From Hydrolagus affinis (lineage: Eukaryota): a stretch of DNA of 64,000 nt. The position numbers and the translations under genes were made by a program. Below are positions 24,137 through 37,084 of the stretch, piece after piece (within the stretch, counting starts at the first letter, position 1; each line of letters starts with the position of its first letter). Location: positions 1 through 64,000 of the forward strand of contig JAAILG010000505.1 of assembly GCA_012026655.1 (NCBI GenBank), given 5' to 3'. The notes under the pieces were generated by a model that made no database searches, was not told the DNA's origin, and was given only the letters and a program-made list of their open reading frames with translations.

Positions 24137-25544
24137 GAAAACAAAAGTAGATCCATTCAATAAATATTCAAGGCTTTTGGACGCAAAGTGGTATTCCTTT
24201 GAAGATTGTATTATAAAGATGTTTAATAGAATTCATTTACTGACGAGTGAGCTTTAGAAACTCATTTTAAGATTATAAACAAGATTGGTGAGCTGAAAGG
24301 TGTGCTGTTGAAAGAATGGTTTAATTTGTCAGGGAATCATAAACCACGCATATGTTATTAGTGATTTAGTTCACACAGTTGCATACCCTTATGAGAAAAA
24401 AAATCTTCATTCAATCTGTTTTGGACATTGGCAGATCTTTATTCAGCCCCCACCTCCTTTACACACACTTACTTTTTATCCTACTCTCTCACACACATTC
24501 TTGTGCTGCAATCAGCAGAAAGCAGGAGATGAATAAAATGCAGTAGTATATAGAGCAGGATATATTTAGATATCAAGTTAATAACGTACTCACATCACAT
24601 TAACAGAAATGCAAATGCCATATGGTTTCTGCTGATTGGAGTCTCATCTAAATTTCTTATCACTGCGATATTTCTTGAGGCTATGGTTAAGGAAACTCAT
24701 TTGATAAAATAGAGGGAAGCATTGTCTTCAATGGCCTAGCAGTGATGCTGTCATTGAATAAGAGAACATTCCATTTCCCTGCAAAAATGAGCACAGCATT
24801 TCCCCAGAAATAGCGGTACACAAAAGCGTTTGGAACCAAATCTGCTCTTGCCTGGTGTGCAGCTACAAAGAGAATTTGGAATTGTCTCCACTGACCTACA
24901 TCGCATGATTATGTTACTTTTTTATTTATGTTAAGTGATGTATTTTCTGGTTGAAATTCAATAAAGATTTCAATGAAACGGCAAAAGCAATATTCAGAGA
25001 TAACTTAACAACTCGTACTTAGCACCATGCAGAGGAGATAGATAAATAGATCCCTCAGAGTGAATATTTTCCCTCCGCAAAATATGTTAAACATATGGTT
25101 TATATTAAAACTACATTCCTTTCTTCAATATTTATATATTAGTACACATAGAAAATACTCAGGATTTCTTGTTCAAAGTATTTCTGAGACCAATGTAGCA
25201 AATATCCAAAGTTATAAGAGTATTTAAAGTGAAAGCTTGTCATGTTGGATGCAATGCAGTCATATTGAATTATAGACTATTTATGCAACCCTCTTGTCAA
25301 TCATTTATGATTTTTGAAAATACAATAGATCATCAAACATGAATTATACTTGGTTGTATTAGTAGAGGGATCAAATACAAATTAAAGGGTTTATCCTGTT
25401 CCACTACAGTCCAGCTTCATTTAGGGTACTGTGTGGATCCTGGTGAGCAAATCAGACACAAATGACAAACGGTCTGTGGCACAAATAGAGAGGAACAACC
25501 AAGATAATTCCAGATATATTCTACTGTATTATAATAATTCCTTA

Positions 25545-25682
25545 AAAAATAAATAATTTCACCCACAAATATACAGTCAGTTATACTTTTATACTTTAAA
25601 GTGTGAAGTGCTTTGAGACGTCTCGATGACTTGATAGGGTGGTATATCAAATGCAAGGCTGATTACTATTATTATTATTATT
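25545..25682 (+). mobile_element. 3' fragment of the tRNA-derived SINE
   Basis: cccacaaatatacagtc..gtgaagtgctttgagacgtctcg..tcaaatgcaagg..(tta)n. Confidence 0.75.
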
Positions 25683-25940
25683 GCCTTGTGCCATGGAATG
25701 GTACAAAACATGGCTCCATAATTGCCTATGTGCTGATTCTATTCTTGGTTATGCCATTAACAGATGCTCAACAATCCCTTATTAAGAAGGAACCAGGTCA
25801 AGATGAAGAATGAATTTCCTCAGGCCATTGTCATCCAACTCATCCTGCTTTTAATACATGTTGACAGAATGTCTCAGGCAGTACCTTGGCAGTAATTTGC
25901 CTACCTGCTTTTTTTCAACCAAGAGAATGGAAAGTGACAC

Positions 25941-26263
25941 AGCTCCTGTGGCTTAGTGGTTAGAGCACTTGTCTTGCAAGCCGGGGAGACCTGTGTTCGA
26001 ATCCAGGCATGTCAGGGCGAAACCTTGGGCAAGTTTCCTTACTCCACACGCCAATAATAATCTCTCCAAAAAAAACCACACAATAATAAATCTGGTCATT
26101 TCAATCCACAACTGTTTGTGGGACACTGCTGTGTGTAATTGGCTGCTGCGATTCGCCCACAAATATATACAGTCAATTCACTTTACAGTATAATCTGTGA
26201 AGGGCTCTGGGACGTTGATAAGATGTGAAAAGCGCTATATCAAATGCAAGGAGTATTATTACT
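25941..26263 (+). mobile_element. Full-length tRNA-derived SINE, short variant
   Basis: tcctgtggcttagtggttagagcacttgtcttgcaag..gttcgaatcc..ccttgggcaagtttccttac..atctggtcatt..tcaaatgcaagg. Confidence 0.9.
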
Positions 26264-27337
26264 ACTTCATTGGAAAGGTAAAAATTTCGAGCCTGCAATC
26301 ACCTGTGTGTTAGCCATCGCACTCCAGTGCTTAATTATATGTCCTCGAGATATTGCTGGGAGAGCAAGAAAACGGAGAAGCCCTCTTTCTCTCAAACTAG
26401 TGTTTATACAGTTAACCATCTGAGACTGTCATATATGTTAGAGATGACCAAAGAAGTTTGGGATTTGTTCTGTGATCTGTTGGACATTTTAAGATGATTA
26501 ACAAGTGACAGATTTTATGGCCAAATAAAATGGTCAAAAAAAATGATGTGAAAGTCACGTATTGTTGGAATAATGACAGCGGTAACTCAGTCTAAAACTA
26601 CCCAGTTAATGCTTGTGATATTATCCGACTTGATCAGTCAGTCTGGGAATAAATCCACAAAGCACAGTCAGTCATTCGAAGCAACACATGCCTAGATGTG
26701 TAAAGATTCATACAGTGAAGGCTGTAGACTCCTGTTGCCTCCAATTTGTTTTAAAAAAACACTTCAGATTATTATCTTAGCCCCTTTGCTGGACACTGTC
26801 AGTGTGATATTGTGGCAAACATTACCCAGTGTGCCCAGGGATGGTGACAATGATCTGATGTCAGATCAGCTTCTGGTTCACCAAAATGGCGAGCTGGAGA
26901 TCAAATGATGACAAACTGACACCTAAGAAATCAATGGTTTAATAAACCTCAATATATGCTGCCCAGAATTCTTTCAGGTTGATCTTCATGTCCATCCACT
27001 TGTTTCTGCATGTAGGTGCATATTTTATTTTTAAAAATAGATAATAGTCAAAATAAATGTGCAGTGGACCATGTAAACATAATAAAAAGTTACCTTTTGC
27101 CTCCCTTGCCTCCTAAAACAGCCTTGTTAATTAAAATCCATACAGGAGCTTCTGTGATATGTGGTTACACATGGATTTATGAGTCAGATTTCTGTTCCTA
27201 TTGATTTTAATATTGCAATGGTTGAATAATTTTCAGAATATATTTTTTCAAATTCTTTATCAGTATTCTGTAATTACTACTCATTAACTGCATGTATCAG
27301 AAACCAATCTTTTATCAGCTCCTTTTTGACTTTGTAG

Positions 27338-27526
27338 GGCACAGAACTGAATGATGATCGGACACCATCAAATGCTACCGTTTCTACTACCTTTAATATC
27401 CTGGTGATTGATGTCAATGACAATCCGCCAGAGTTCAACAGGTCACAGTACAGTGTCAGCATTCCCGAACTGGCACAGGTGGGCTTTGCGTTGCCTCTCT
27501 TCATCCAGGTGCAAGATAAAGATGAT
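27338..27526 (+). CDS. CDH23: Cadherin-23 internal coding exon (189 nt, phase 0-0): GTELNDDRTPSNATVSTTFNILVIDVNDNPPEFNRSQYSVSIPELAQVGFALPLFIQVQDKDD
   Basis: Acceptor tttgactttgtag, donor GAT|gtaagt. Has the DxNDNxP Ca-binding linker and DKD motif. Overlaps ORF 27404..27637. Confidence 0.97.
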
Positions 27527-28055
27527 GTAAGTACCGTGCGCTGGACGAATACAAATGAAGTATGCCAGGCAATTGCGGAGGGTCCCATCCATTACTGCAC
27601 GCAAGCCATAAATGATCTGATTGACAGAGGTGAATAATGGCTATAAAATGCACATTAGCAGCATGGAGGGAAAGGTTATGGCTTTATCTGACTATATATT
27701 ACCATCGCTTTATTAGTAAATTTTGATTTTCAAGTTTTTTTAAACAAAACTGTGGTAAGCAGACTTTACAGCACTGCGGGTTAACACCTTACTAATCTGT
27801 AATGAGAGAGGACACTTATGCTGTTGTAGAATTTGACACAAAGTAACCATGACTGTATGTTAATACATGCCAAGAAATGTTCATCTTGGTAAATTGTACT
27901 GACAAATGAATCAAAACTTGTTTGGGCGACTTCACGAGAAATTCTTAATCTTTATGAAGAATTATTAACCTTTAGTTCATTTTTGAAAATGAAAGCACAA
28001 GCAAAATACATCTAAAAGAGAATAAAATCCTGTATAAAGGCTGCATTGTTATAAT

Positions 28056-28140
28056 TGCCATCCTTCGGATTAGAAGTTAAACCAAGGTCCCGTCTTTCTA
28101 TTCATGTGGACATTAAAGATCCCATTGTAGTATTCAGAAT
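28056..28140 (+). mobile_element. DeuSINE central-domain fragment
   Basis: tgccatccttcggattagaagttaaaccaaggtcccgtct..gtggacattaaagatccca. Confidence 0.65.
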
Positions 28141-28744
28141 GATAAGAGTCGTTCCCCCCCTCCACCAACCCCCACACTTATTTTCAATACAAGAACATGA
28201 CTTCACAGCTGTTCAGGAGACATGGATATGCTGCTATGTTTACCAAGACTATACAGAAAAATATGAAATGCAAAAATATTACATCATTCTATATTTGAAA
28301 AAAATGTGAAAACAATACAGTGACATTTCACATTACAATGCTAACTCAGCATCATAGCCATGAGGAATGGGACAATTGCCTGCAGGGGTAGACTTTATTG
28401 CCATGGATGTTGGGGAAATCATGGATAATATTTTAAATGCATTTCATGACATTTCTCAATTACATTGTTTGTAAATCTTTGAAATATGAAAATGCATTGT
28501 GTGACGCATGTGACATATTGTGGCTTTGTTGATGCATCACACTGCTATTTTTATGCCTCACAAAGTAAGTCATAAATGGTAAATGAAATGTTGACTACAC
28601 CGTTTCTGTATGACTTAATGGGCCAATAATGGGAAGAACAGTTTTTTTTTCTTTTCTCACTGACGAATATTTCCACCACTATGGACATGTTTACTTGTTT
28701 AGTTTGCATTGTGACCAGGGGTTATTGACAATATATTCATTTCA

Positions 28745-28882
28745 CACAAGTTTTATTTGTCAGTATGGCAAGTCACGTCTCTAAGTAATATTTCCAATTT
28801 CTGGTTGGGATTTTAATTAGCTCAACTTTTATACCCATTATCGTTGTGACGTAACTTGCCATTCCGACAAGTAAAACTTGTG
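28745..28882. repeat. Inverted repeat, 35-bp arms (28745-28779 / 28848-28882), 68-nt spacer
   Basis: cacaagttttatttgtcagtatggcaagtcacgtc versus rc cacaagttttacttgtcggaatggcaagttacgtc (4 mismatches). Confidence 0.85.
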
Positions 28883-31191
28883 TTCATCTGAATGACTATA
28901 TGATGGAATATAGTACAACAACAAAATTACAGTATATTGTAAGATCATTAGGGATAGCAGGAGAATGTCTTTGTTTTTTTCAAAGTTGACTAATACAGTA
29001 TTGAATGAGATCGCAATTGTCAAGCTGTAGTACTGAAATACATTTAAGCATGGAATGCATCCAAAATGGTACCTTAATACACTATGCACGTCTTCATTGC
29101 GTCGGCTATTTTCTCTCGGTTTAATAAAACATAACCAATTTCACAAACATTATTTTGATACTGTGCAAACTAAATTGGAAAAAAACATAATTATGCATTT
29201 CACAGATAACACCTTTCATTTTATAGTGTGTAAATGAGTATTCTAATTTAATTACATCAGGCATAACCAATAAAGCGTTAATAGCCAAATGCTAATTTGC
29301 AACACTGTTTTTCTGTCAAGCTGCTTTTGTTGTATTTACTATTTCGAAATTTGCTTTCAGTACCACAGCTCTTTACAATGAAACTTGTCGATTGATTCAC
29401 GTATAGAATAGATGGTGATATACCTACAAATGTACTGAAAGAAAAAAAATCAATGATTTCCAACCATTGAGCAGCGATAAGATGAAAAGCTAGCTGAGTT
29501 AGATTGATCTGGCAGTTTCTTTCTGTATGAGATTCAACACGTAACTCAATGTTTGAGAGCACCAAGGGAGAAATCTGTAAAAGGTAATGATTCTTTCAGC
29601 GCTAATTTATCTGAAGAAATAAGGAATAAAATACTCACCAACACCAGCAAAGTAAAGTTGGTTGTAAGTTTCAAACAGTGGATATTTTGCTCAGAGGTGA
29701 TCGTAAAACAGTTTTTCAGATTTTACCAGTATTACATTTAGATTTTTTTTCCTTAAATCCTGCTCCGTTTTCATTTCAAAATGTTGTTCTTTACTCATTT
29801 TTGGCTCTTCCTGGTCTGTTCATCACCAAATTCAGCAAAGAGACAGGACAACCTACCACTGAGCCACCTAACCATTCTGTGCCTGAGTGATGCCAGACAA
29901 TGAATGGGGGTGACATGGAGTGACTTGTCCTAGTAATTTCCTCCTGCCTTTTCTTTCTTTAGACTGCTTATAAGATGTGCCTATTGTATTTCCTTGACAG
30001 TACCACTAACGATGGTAAACTCATTTGGTGTAATGAAGTCTTGGTTGGGTTATTTACCCTCTTTGCTTCGGATTGATCAATGTCCCACTTTCTAGGATTT
30101 TACAAACACTCTCTGGGTGTTGGCATTACTGTTTCATTAATATTCTACACCTCACACTCCACTTGTCCTTCATTTGTTGATCGGTTGTACCCCTGGAGGA
30201 GTCCTAATCTGGTACCTGTGCCTTGCACCTCCAATCTTATTCTTTTTTGCTCGCGATTGACTCGTGGTAATCGATATGTAAATAAACCTTTTGAAGACTT
30301 GATAATCAAATAGAGTGGAATTAATTATTCTTTTCTAACTGGTAATTTAATGAATAGATTAGATTTAATTCTAAATACACTTGGTGCTAATCACATAAAA
30401 CTATCAGTATTCCAAATTACATCAATTAATTCCTGTTTTTTTTAGCAATGGTGACTGAAATTTAATAAATAATTAAGTTCATCCATTTAGAAATAATTGC
30501 ATGTGTTTTAAGAAGAACATTTCACTTGATGACTCTAATGTAATAAATTAAATATGAACCGATTTTCATATTAATCAGCGATACACTGGGTGACCGAAAC
30601 TAATAATAATTCAGAACTGAGTGAATTGCTAACATGTCTGATGACACAAGGGATTATTAAATAAAAACTTGTGCAATAATTTGTTGCTTCATTTATCAGC
30701 TGCCGTGCAATTAAATTGCTATAGTCCACCTCTTCTTTTGAACTTCACTCCTATTGTATCCTGGTCAACTGTGGACAAGCCTTTTCCTGTATATCAGAAT
30801 TTTTTCTGTCAATGGCAAAATCCTAAGGGTGTCTGTCAAATAAATTTTCTTTTTCACAAAAACCTTTTCTGAAGCCTAGAGTTTTTAAAGAAAAATATGT
30901 TACACTTTTCAGTGTATTCGATGCAAACATGCACGTAATCCTTATCTAACACCTTACATACACATTGATAATATTACATCAATGGAGTTTTAACTAAGGC
31001 ACTATATCTCTAAGATTTCTAACTACTGAGCCTCAACACTTGGACTACCAGAGGTAATCAAAAAGGTAAACCTTACCCCAAATTCAAATCTCCTCATAGA
31101 TTCCTGAGGTTGAGTTTTCTAATTACTATGTACTGTAGTAATGTTACAATCAAGTATAAGTTAAAATTCCGCACATCAAAAACCCCTGTAT

Positions 31192-31261
31192 AACAACAAC
31201 AACAACAACAAATTACATTTATAGAGCGCCTTTCACGTCGGGAGGACGTCCCAAGGCGCTG
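31192..31261 (-). mobile_element. L2-type 3' stem-loop/tail stub, young copy with CpGs intact
   Basis: (aac)n aaattacatttatagagcgcctttcacgtcgggaggacgtcccaaggcgctg. Confidence 0.8.
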
Positions 31262-32440
31262 CACAGGGGGAATAACTCAGACTCCCTCTTTTTTATACTC
31301 TTAATGTCCCAGGTGACTTTTTTGTAACCCATTCTCTGCACTTTGGAAACATAAAACTGGTCAACTCCACCATGCTTCGGACCAGAAGACTCCCGACAGG
31401 GTAATAAAACTGATTAACTACCAGAATTTAACACAAAAACCATAAACAAAAAGCACTTAACTAACATTTTACCACTTAAGATAAACAGATTGATATCTCA
31501 ATCTTAACAAATGTAATACACCATCTTGCTCAGAACATCTGTGGCCCCTCTCACTGAACCCAAATGTTTACCCTATTAACCCTTTAATATCTCACACACA
31601 TGTACAGAGAAGGGCAATTTGAGGTGTCGGACGCTGCTCTGTGTGAGTGGCGCTATATATAAATGCATGTTGCGTGCTAGGTGGGGAGTTAGAGGTGTGC
31701 TGAAGTGGGCAAAAGTAAGGTGTTAGGAAGGAGAGAATGCATATTTTTTATAAATTGAGGATGGAAATGTTTTGAATTTGTTTGGTTCACGATGTTGGAA
31801 CAGACATAGAATTTTTTTTTTAAATAAAAAAAATTGTGTTGTCACACCTACTGGTTTTGAAATGTCTACTGAGCTCCAGACGTTAGATAGAAAGCACTGA
31901 AAGTATGTTCTTAAAAAGGCTTTTTGTTCATCCATTAAATGTTTTAAAAGCTTATTTGACCTTTCTTACTTTTCATTTTAACTGCATCCAGGAGTTCGAA
32001 CAATGGCTGTTACTTCTTTTTTTTGAAGATTTACAAATCATACCCTGACAGCTGGTTTGCTCCCTGCTGTTGGTGAAGTGGAAACTCTCATTGGCAATGA
32101 GCTGCTTCTCGGTAGCCTTTGCTGCAGTGGGATGCAGTCCAGTCATTGTCACCTGCAGAGCACTGTCACACTCAGCCAACTTTTACCATTAGCACTGCTT
32201 CATGCATGAAATTGTACACTTTCTCGTGATGATTTTTTTGCTAGATTCTGGGGATTCTGATTATGCAATAGAGATTCTTCCATTAGGTTACGCATTTCTG
32301 ACTTTTATTCTTCTGCCGTTCCCCTTCTCGCTAATGCTGGTTTCCGTAGCACAGATTCTTGCTGGAGCATGTTCATCTTTCACAAACTCTGATTGTTACT
32401 CAAAGAGCAGTTATTTACATTCCTCTTACTTTTTTTTCAG

Positions 32441-32590
32441 GGGGTTAACAGCCTATTTGATGTCCAGTTGGTGGGAAACAATTCAGACCATTTTACCATC
32501 TCTCCTACGTCTGGCCAAGGGAAGGCGGATATCCGAGTACGAGTGGCCGTGCCTCTCGATTATGAAAGTCTTTCCCGCTACGAATTTTCT
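32441..32590 (+). CDS. CDH23: Cadherin-23 internal coding exon (150 nt, phase 0-0): GVNSLFDVQLVGNNSDHFTISPTSGQGKADIRVRVAVPLDYESLSRYEFS
   Basis: Acceptor ttttttttcag, donor TCT|gtaagt. Has the LDYE motif. Lies inside ORF 32393..32635. Confidence 0.97.
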
Positions 32591-32682
32591 GTAAGTTTAC
32601 TATTTCAGTTAACAGATCACAAAGATGTGCTGTGAATTCAAAGTTTCAAAAATGTTATGACTTATTAAAGAGGAAACAGCAC

Positions 32683-32788
32683 CATAGAAATTTACAGAAC
32701 AGAAGACAGCCATTCGGCCCATCGTGTCTATGCCAGCTCCTTCAAGAGTATTTCTTTCAGTCCCACTTACCTGCTCTTTCTCCATAAC
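32683..32788 (-). mobile_element. CR1 LINE 3' end fragment
   Basis: catagaaatttacagaacagaagacagccattcggcccatcgtgtctatgccagctc is a typical chondrichthyan CR1 3'UTR. Confidence 0.7.
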
Positions 32789-33024
32789 CATGTCGCTAGC
32801 TGGTTCCCTTGAAGGCCAATATGCATATTGGCTCCTGCTCTCCTGAGCTATTGGTGCATATTTACTAACAGAGAAGAACCAAATAAACCATGGAATCATT
32901 TCACTTAATTCACCTGGGGTGGAGCGTCCTATGAGTTGATTTGTCCAGCTTCAAGGCAGTTAGAAGCAGACATTCCCATTGAAGGAAATTGAGTCATCTG
33001 ATCCTGCATATCATTTACATGGCT

Positions 33025-33352
33025 GGAATACCCAAGTAGTGTAGGTTCAATCCCAAGACAAATTGAGTTCTCCAGTTATATTCCCTACAGTTGGCCTCGG
33101 AGTTCTGGGTTAGAGAGGAGGAAGAAAATCAACCAGGACGCGCACATTATCCAATGACCAAAGCTCTTGTATGGGCACTGAATGAGGATTGGGCACATAA
33201 TCAAAATGCCTCAATGTCAAAATATATTTCTACACTGATGTGAAGGTTCACACGTGAATTAAGGGGCAAACCACCAGAGGTTTGCATGATGCCATAGAAC
33301 CACATCCCAAAAGGGAGAATGAATCAATTGATTTATGGAGAGGAAGGTAGGA
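33025..33352 (+). mobile_element. Ancient AmnSINE2-like SINE relic
   Basis: ggttcaatccc..ctacagttggcctcggagttctgggttagagagg..aaaatcaaccagg..tatccaatgacc..ggagaggaaggtaggagaaa is colinear with the recalled AmnSINE2 consensus. Confidence 0.55.
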
Positions 33353-34126
33353 GAAAAACTTAGCAACAGAAAATCATGTAGACAAGCTTAATTGTTATTT
33401 ATAAAGCACACTGCCAGACAAATCTGAGCCAGGCATTGCTTCCTAATGCTATTAGAGTAGAAATCCTTCATTACACAGTTTTATGAGCCCATATGTACAC
33501 AGTAAGGTTGTTTGCATGTGTTCATAATTGGCTCTTCAACCTGTGTAATCATGTGAATCTGATGATAAAGGTAGACATTTAAAAAGAAACTTGCATGAAT
33601 TGTTTTCAGGGGGTTTAAATGTCTCTGTAGCTCGGTTCTTTAATGGCACCTCGTACAACACCTGGAAGAAACTTCACTGTTGTTAAGATTTAAGTGACCT
33701 CTTTCTAAGTGGTCACGTGTGTAAATTGTCTGCAGACTGATGCTCTGTCATTTCAGGGTAATTAGTGCTGCTCAGTAGCTCTGCTTCCTTTGTGTATTTA
33801 TGTGTGGGTAGATTCCCAATGTCAAATGGCCAGAAAGTGTACACCAAATTTTCTTGTGTTAATTTCCCACATTTCAATCATATAGGGCCTCAGCTATCAG
33901 GGTTTTGTTCTCTCTCATTCAACACAGCTACACACATTCAGGTCTCGCTGAAAAATGTGGTCCTTTTGATTTGCATAGCCAGCACTGTTCAAAAAAGTAT
34001 ATTCTGATGCCAATTGGAATATTGTATTATGCTTGAAAATAATGGATACAATTTTATTTTGCTTCTTTTCTCACGCTTTACATTTGTGTAATTGCTGTTT
34101 TTCCTATTTTCAATTGTTGAAAACAG

Positions 34127-34285
34127 CTATTTGCAAACGAGACTGCCTCTGACCATGTCGGTTTTGCTCGAGTTAAAATCAACCTGATAAATGAAAATGA
34201 CAACAGACCAGTATTCAGCCAGCCGCTCTACAATGTGAATTTATTTGAAAATGCTTCTGTCGGTATCACAGTGATTCGTGTGGTT
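34127..34285 (+). CDS. CDH23: Cadherin-23 internal coding exon (159 nt, phase 0-0): LFANETASDHVGFARVKINLINENDNRPVFSQPLYNVNLFENASVGITVIRVV
   Basis: Acceptor aaaacag, donor GTT|gtaagt. Has the NENDNRP linker typical of CDH23 EC4/EC5. Confidence 0.96.
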
Positions 34286-34814
34286 GTAAGTACCCCTATT
34301 ATTGTTTGTTTAGCTTTCTGTTGTTCAAAGTGCTCCTTTGGACAGATGACTCAGTGATGACATTTGTGTAATGTAAACAAATGAGCTGTAAAATCCATAT
34401 CTTTGTGATTTGCATGTTATTATCGTCCTTTAGAAAATAAAAATGCACGCAAAATGGATTTTGATACTGAAACAAAGAAATGGAGACTTGCAACAATATC
34501 AAGGGACCCACTTCGGTCACACACAGTTGTAGTGTATCTATTTCATATAAAGTGGAAGACAGCCCAAAGAGATGTTTAAATTTGTGGTCCTTTATGAGGG
34601 AGGTAACAATTACTCTTCATAGATTTTTATGTATAAAATTCCTGTCTGCTCCTGTGCTGGGTGAGAGTTTTTGGCTTTGGAGATGATTTGTACTTGGTTT
34701 AGTTGAAGATGATGATCAATGGAAAAAGCTGTGTGTGGGTCAATACTAGCAGAGTTCCATGTGGGGCTGTTCTGGACACCCTGCTGTCCACATGATTCAT
34801 AAGTGATTGGAGAA

Positions 34815-34980
34815 AAGCACTTGCAATATTATAACAACTATTTCTGTCGATACAAAGCCATGCCTGTGGGTGACTAATTTAAAGAGGTTAAACAGCATTC
34901 ATGAAGAGCAGGACAATTTAGTAGATAGGCTGAGGGAGTAACAGATGGATTTTAATGTAGATGAATGCAAAGATCCACTT
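34815..34980 (+). mobile_element. Decayed CR1 reverse-transcriptase C-terminal fragment
   Basis: Reads ..DTKP..HEEQDNLVDRL..*QMDFNVDECK, like CR1 FADDTKL..LQxDLDRL..WQMxFNVDKCK. Confidence 0.55.
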
Positions 34981-36539
34981 GTTAACTGGCAAGGATTAAT
35001 CACCAGTTTGCAAAGGAAAAAAATACATTATATATAAAAAAAGAAGAGATGGAGCAATGAAAACTGTAATAAATCTCGTATGTAGGCTACATCTGTTACA
35101 CTTTGGAATTATTTAATCATTTAAACCAACAAGCACACAATGGATGGCAGGGAGATGAGCAGACTTCTCTGGAAATGCTTCTGCACTCAATGAAGAAACT
35201 TTTCTCTGTTCCTTGGGGAGTGTTACCGTCTCAGTACTTGGGATTATTCTCAATTTGTATAAGATCTGTGGGTGAGTACATTTCAGTGCCTTGGGACATC
35301 CTCCTGACATGGTGCTCTGTAAATGTAATTTTGTTGCTGTTGTGGATGCTTCATTTCGGCTAAAATGTTGTGCAGGAAAGAAAATTATTTTTCCTAATCA
35401 ATTAATGGAGGAATACAATGCTCCATGAAACGTTATGGTTTCTCAAACATCATTTATTTGCATTGTTATTTTGGAGCTTGAAACTATTTAGAAGAAACGG
35501 ATTTATTTGCTGTAACCAATGGGTACAAGGCACGTTTTCCACCCAGATGAAAGCTAAAATTTCTTCTTAGATTAACTCTGTCAACTCATTGACTTGACCA
35601 AGTCAGTCTTTGTTAAACTAAATAGGTTTGCCGAGCGAATACATTTATTAGAGCTGCAAAGTGCACACATACCCAAATGTGTCTTGCAAAATAATTGTTT
35701 TAACCTATAATTAAGATGGACCCAAGTACCTCATAGCCTTGTGTACTATTTCAAGAGCTGTGTATAAGAAACCAAGGGTTGCCATTCACATTTGAAATCA
35801 CTAGAGACAAAAGAACAAAAGAAAAATAGGAGCACCCAACCACGTAAAACAGCATGGTTGTATATTATTTATATCGGGTACGAGGGAGTACTTTCAAAGT
35901 AGTAATCTCCTAATTTAAGGTTTAGATGACAATTAAAAACCACTTCAGTTTCACACATACAGCTGAAGATATCTGAACAGTTTGTTACAGTAGGGCCTTC
36001 TAATCATACTCAGGTGTCCATTATCCTCTATGTTTAATTGCGGAAATACTCTGCAAATTTTTTACATAAAAATTGCACTCTATGCAGCATTTGTAATATT
36101 GTGATTTCCTTTGTCCGTCAAAGATATACAGAATTAATTTGGATTATGATTATTTTCTAAACAGATGGTTTTTGAATTACAAATTGCACACAAGATAGCC
36201 ACATTTGGCAGGTATAATTACTTGAAACAGATGTTTAAAAATCTAATTTTTCAGTTACTAACAGTGATACTGGTGTTTCTTCAGATTTTAAATAGCAGCA
36301 AGCCAAAAAAAAATCCCAGTAATCTGTTCCAAGCGGTTAATTAATGGTTCAACCAGCCATTGAAGTTAGAACATTTTATTTAATGTTTGTATTTCTTTGC
36401 AAGCTAAATTCCTAGTTAACACATCTTTTATTTACCACAGGGAACTCCCAAATGATGTTCATATGGTTTGATTTTGTGACAATCAGACTAAATATGAAAT
36501 TAAGTATTAAGTAATGAAGAATAATAAAGGACAGAAAAG

Positions 36540-36653
36540 TGGAGAAGGATCCATGTTAAGGGAGCATAGCCTTAAAATCAAAACTGAGACCATTAGCACT
36601 GAGATCAGGAAGTGTTTTTTCACACAGTGGGTTGCGAAGATGTGGAATGCTCT
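36540..36653 (+). mobile_element. CR1 ORF2 C-terminal fragment
   Basis: ORF 36514..36747 contains REHSLKIK...EIRKCFFTQWVAKMWNAL. Confidence 0.7.
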
Positions 36654-36757
36654 TAATTTTTACCTGTCAATTTTGTTCCTTCCCCTTCTTGTCTTGAAAG
36701 ACATTTTGACTCATTTTCCCTTCATTGAGCGGAGACAGTTCCACTGACCTCAAATGT

Positions 36758-36945
36758 CCTCTGGCACATTGACCACATTGTCATTATTAATTTGTGAGTC
36801 AAATTTGGGAACAAGCAGGCATCACAATCACTTGACTTCCGAATATTGTTTCAAAGGGACCACTGGATAGAGGTCAGGAATGACAATCCTGGCTTTTTAC
36901 CCTTCCCTAATTAACCTGGAGTGCTAAGGTCAACATTTGGGATTG
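36758..36945 (-). mobile_element. Ancient AmnSINE2-like SINE relic
   Basis: cactggatagaggtcaggaatgacaatcctggctttttacccttcccta..gtgctaaggtcaa is the reverse complement of the same core as at 33025. Confidence 0.5.
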
Positions 36946-37084
36946 TACATAGACAACAACAACTTGCATATATGGTCACCCTTCACCCAGGGTAACATCC
37001 TGGAGTGCTGATCCTGAACCCGAATATAGGGTTGAATAAGGTTGTTATCCCTATTGATGATGCATGATTTTCAACTTCTATAAG

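Noticed and set aside
31960-32050. Strong-looking acceptor ttttcattttaactgcatccag|GAGTTC as the missing micro-exon
   Set aside because: No GT donor after 6 nt, and the phase-0 frame reaches a stop after 18 codons.
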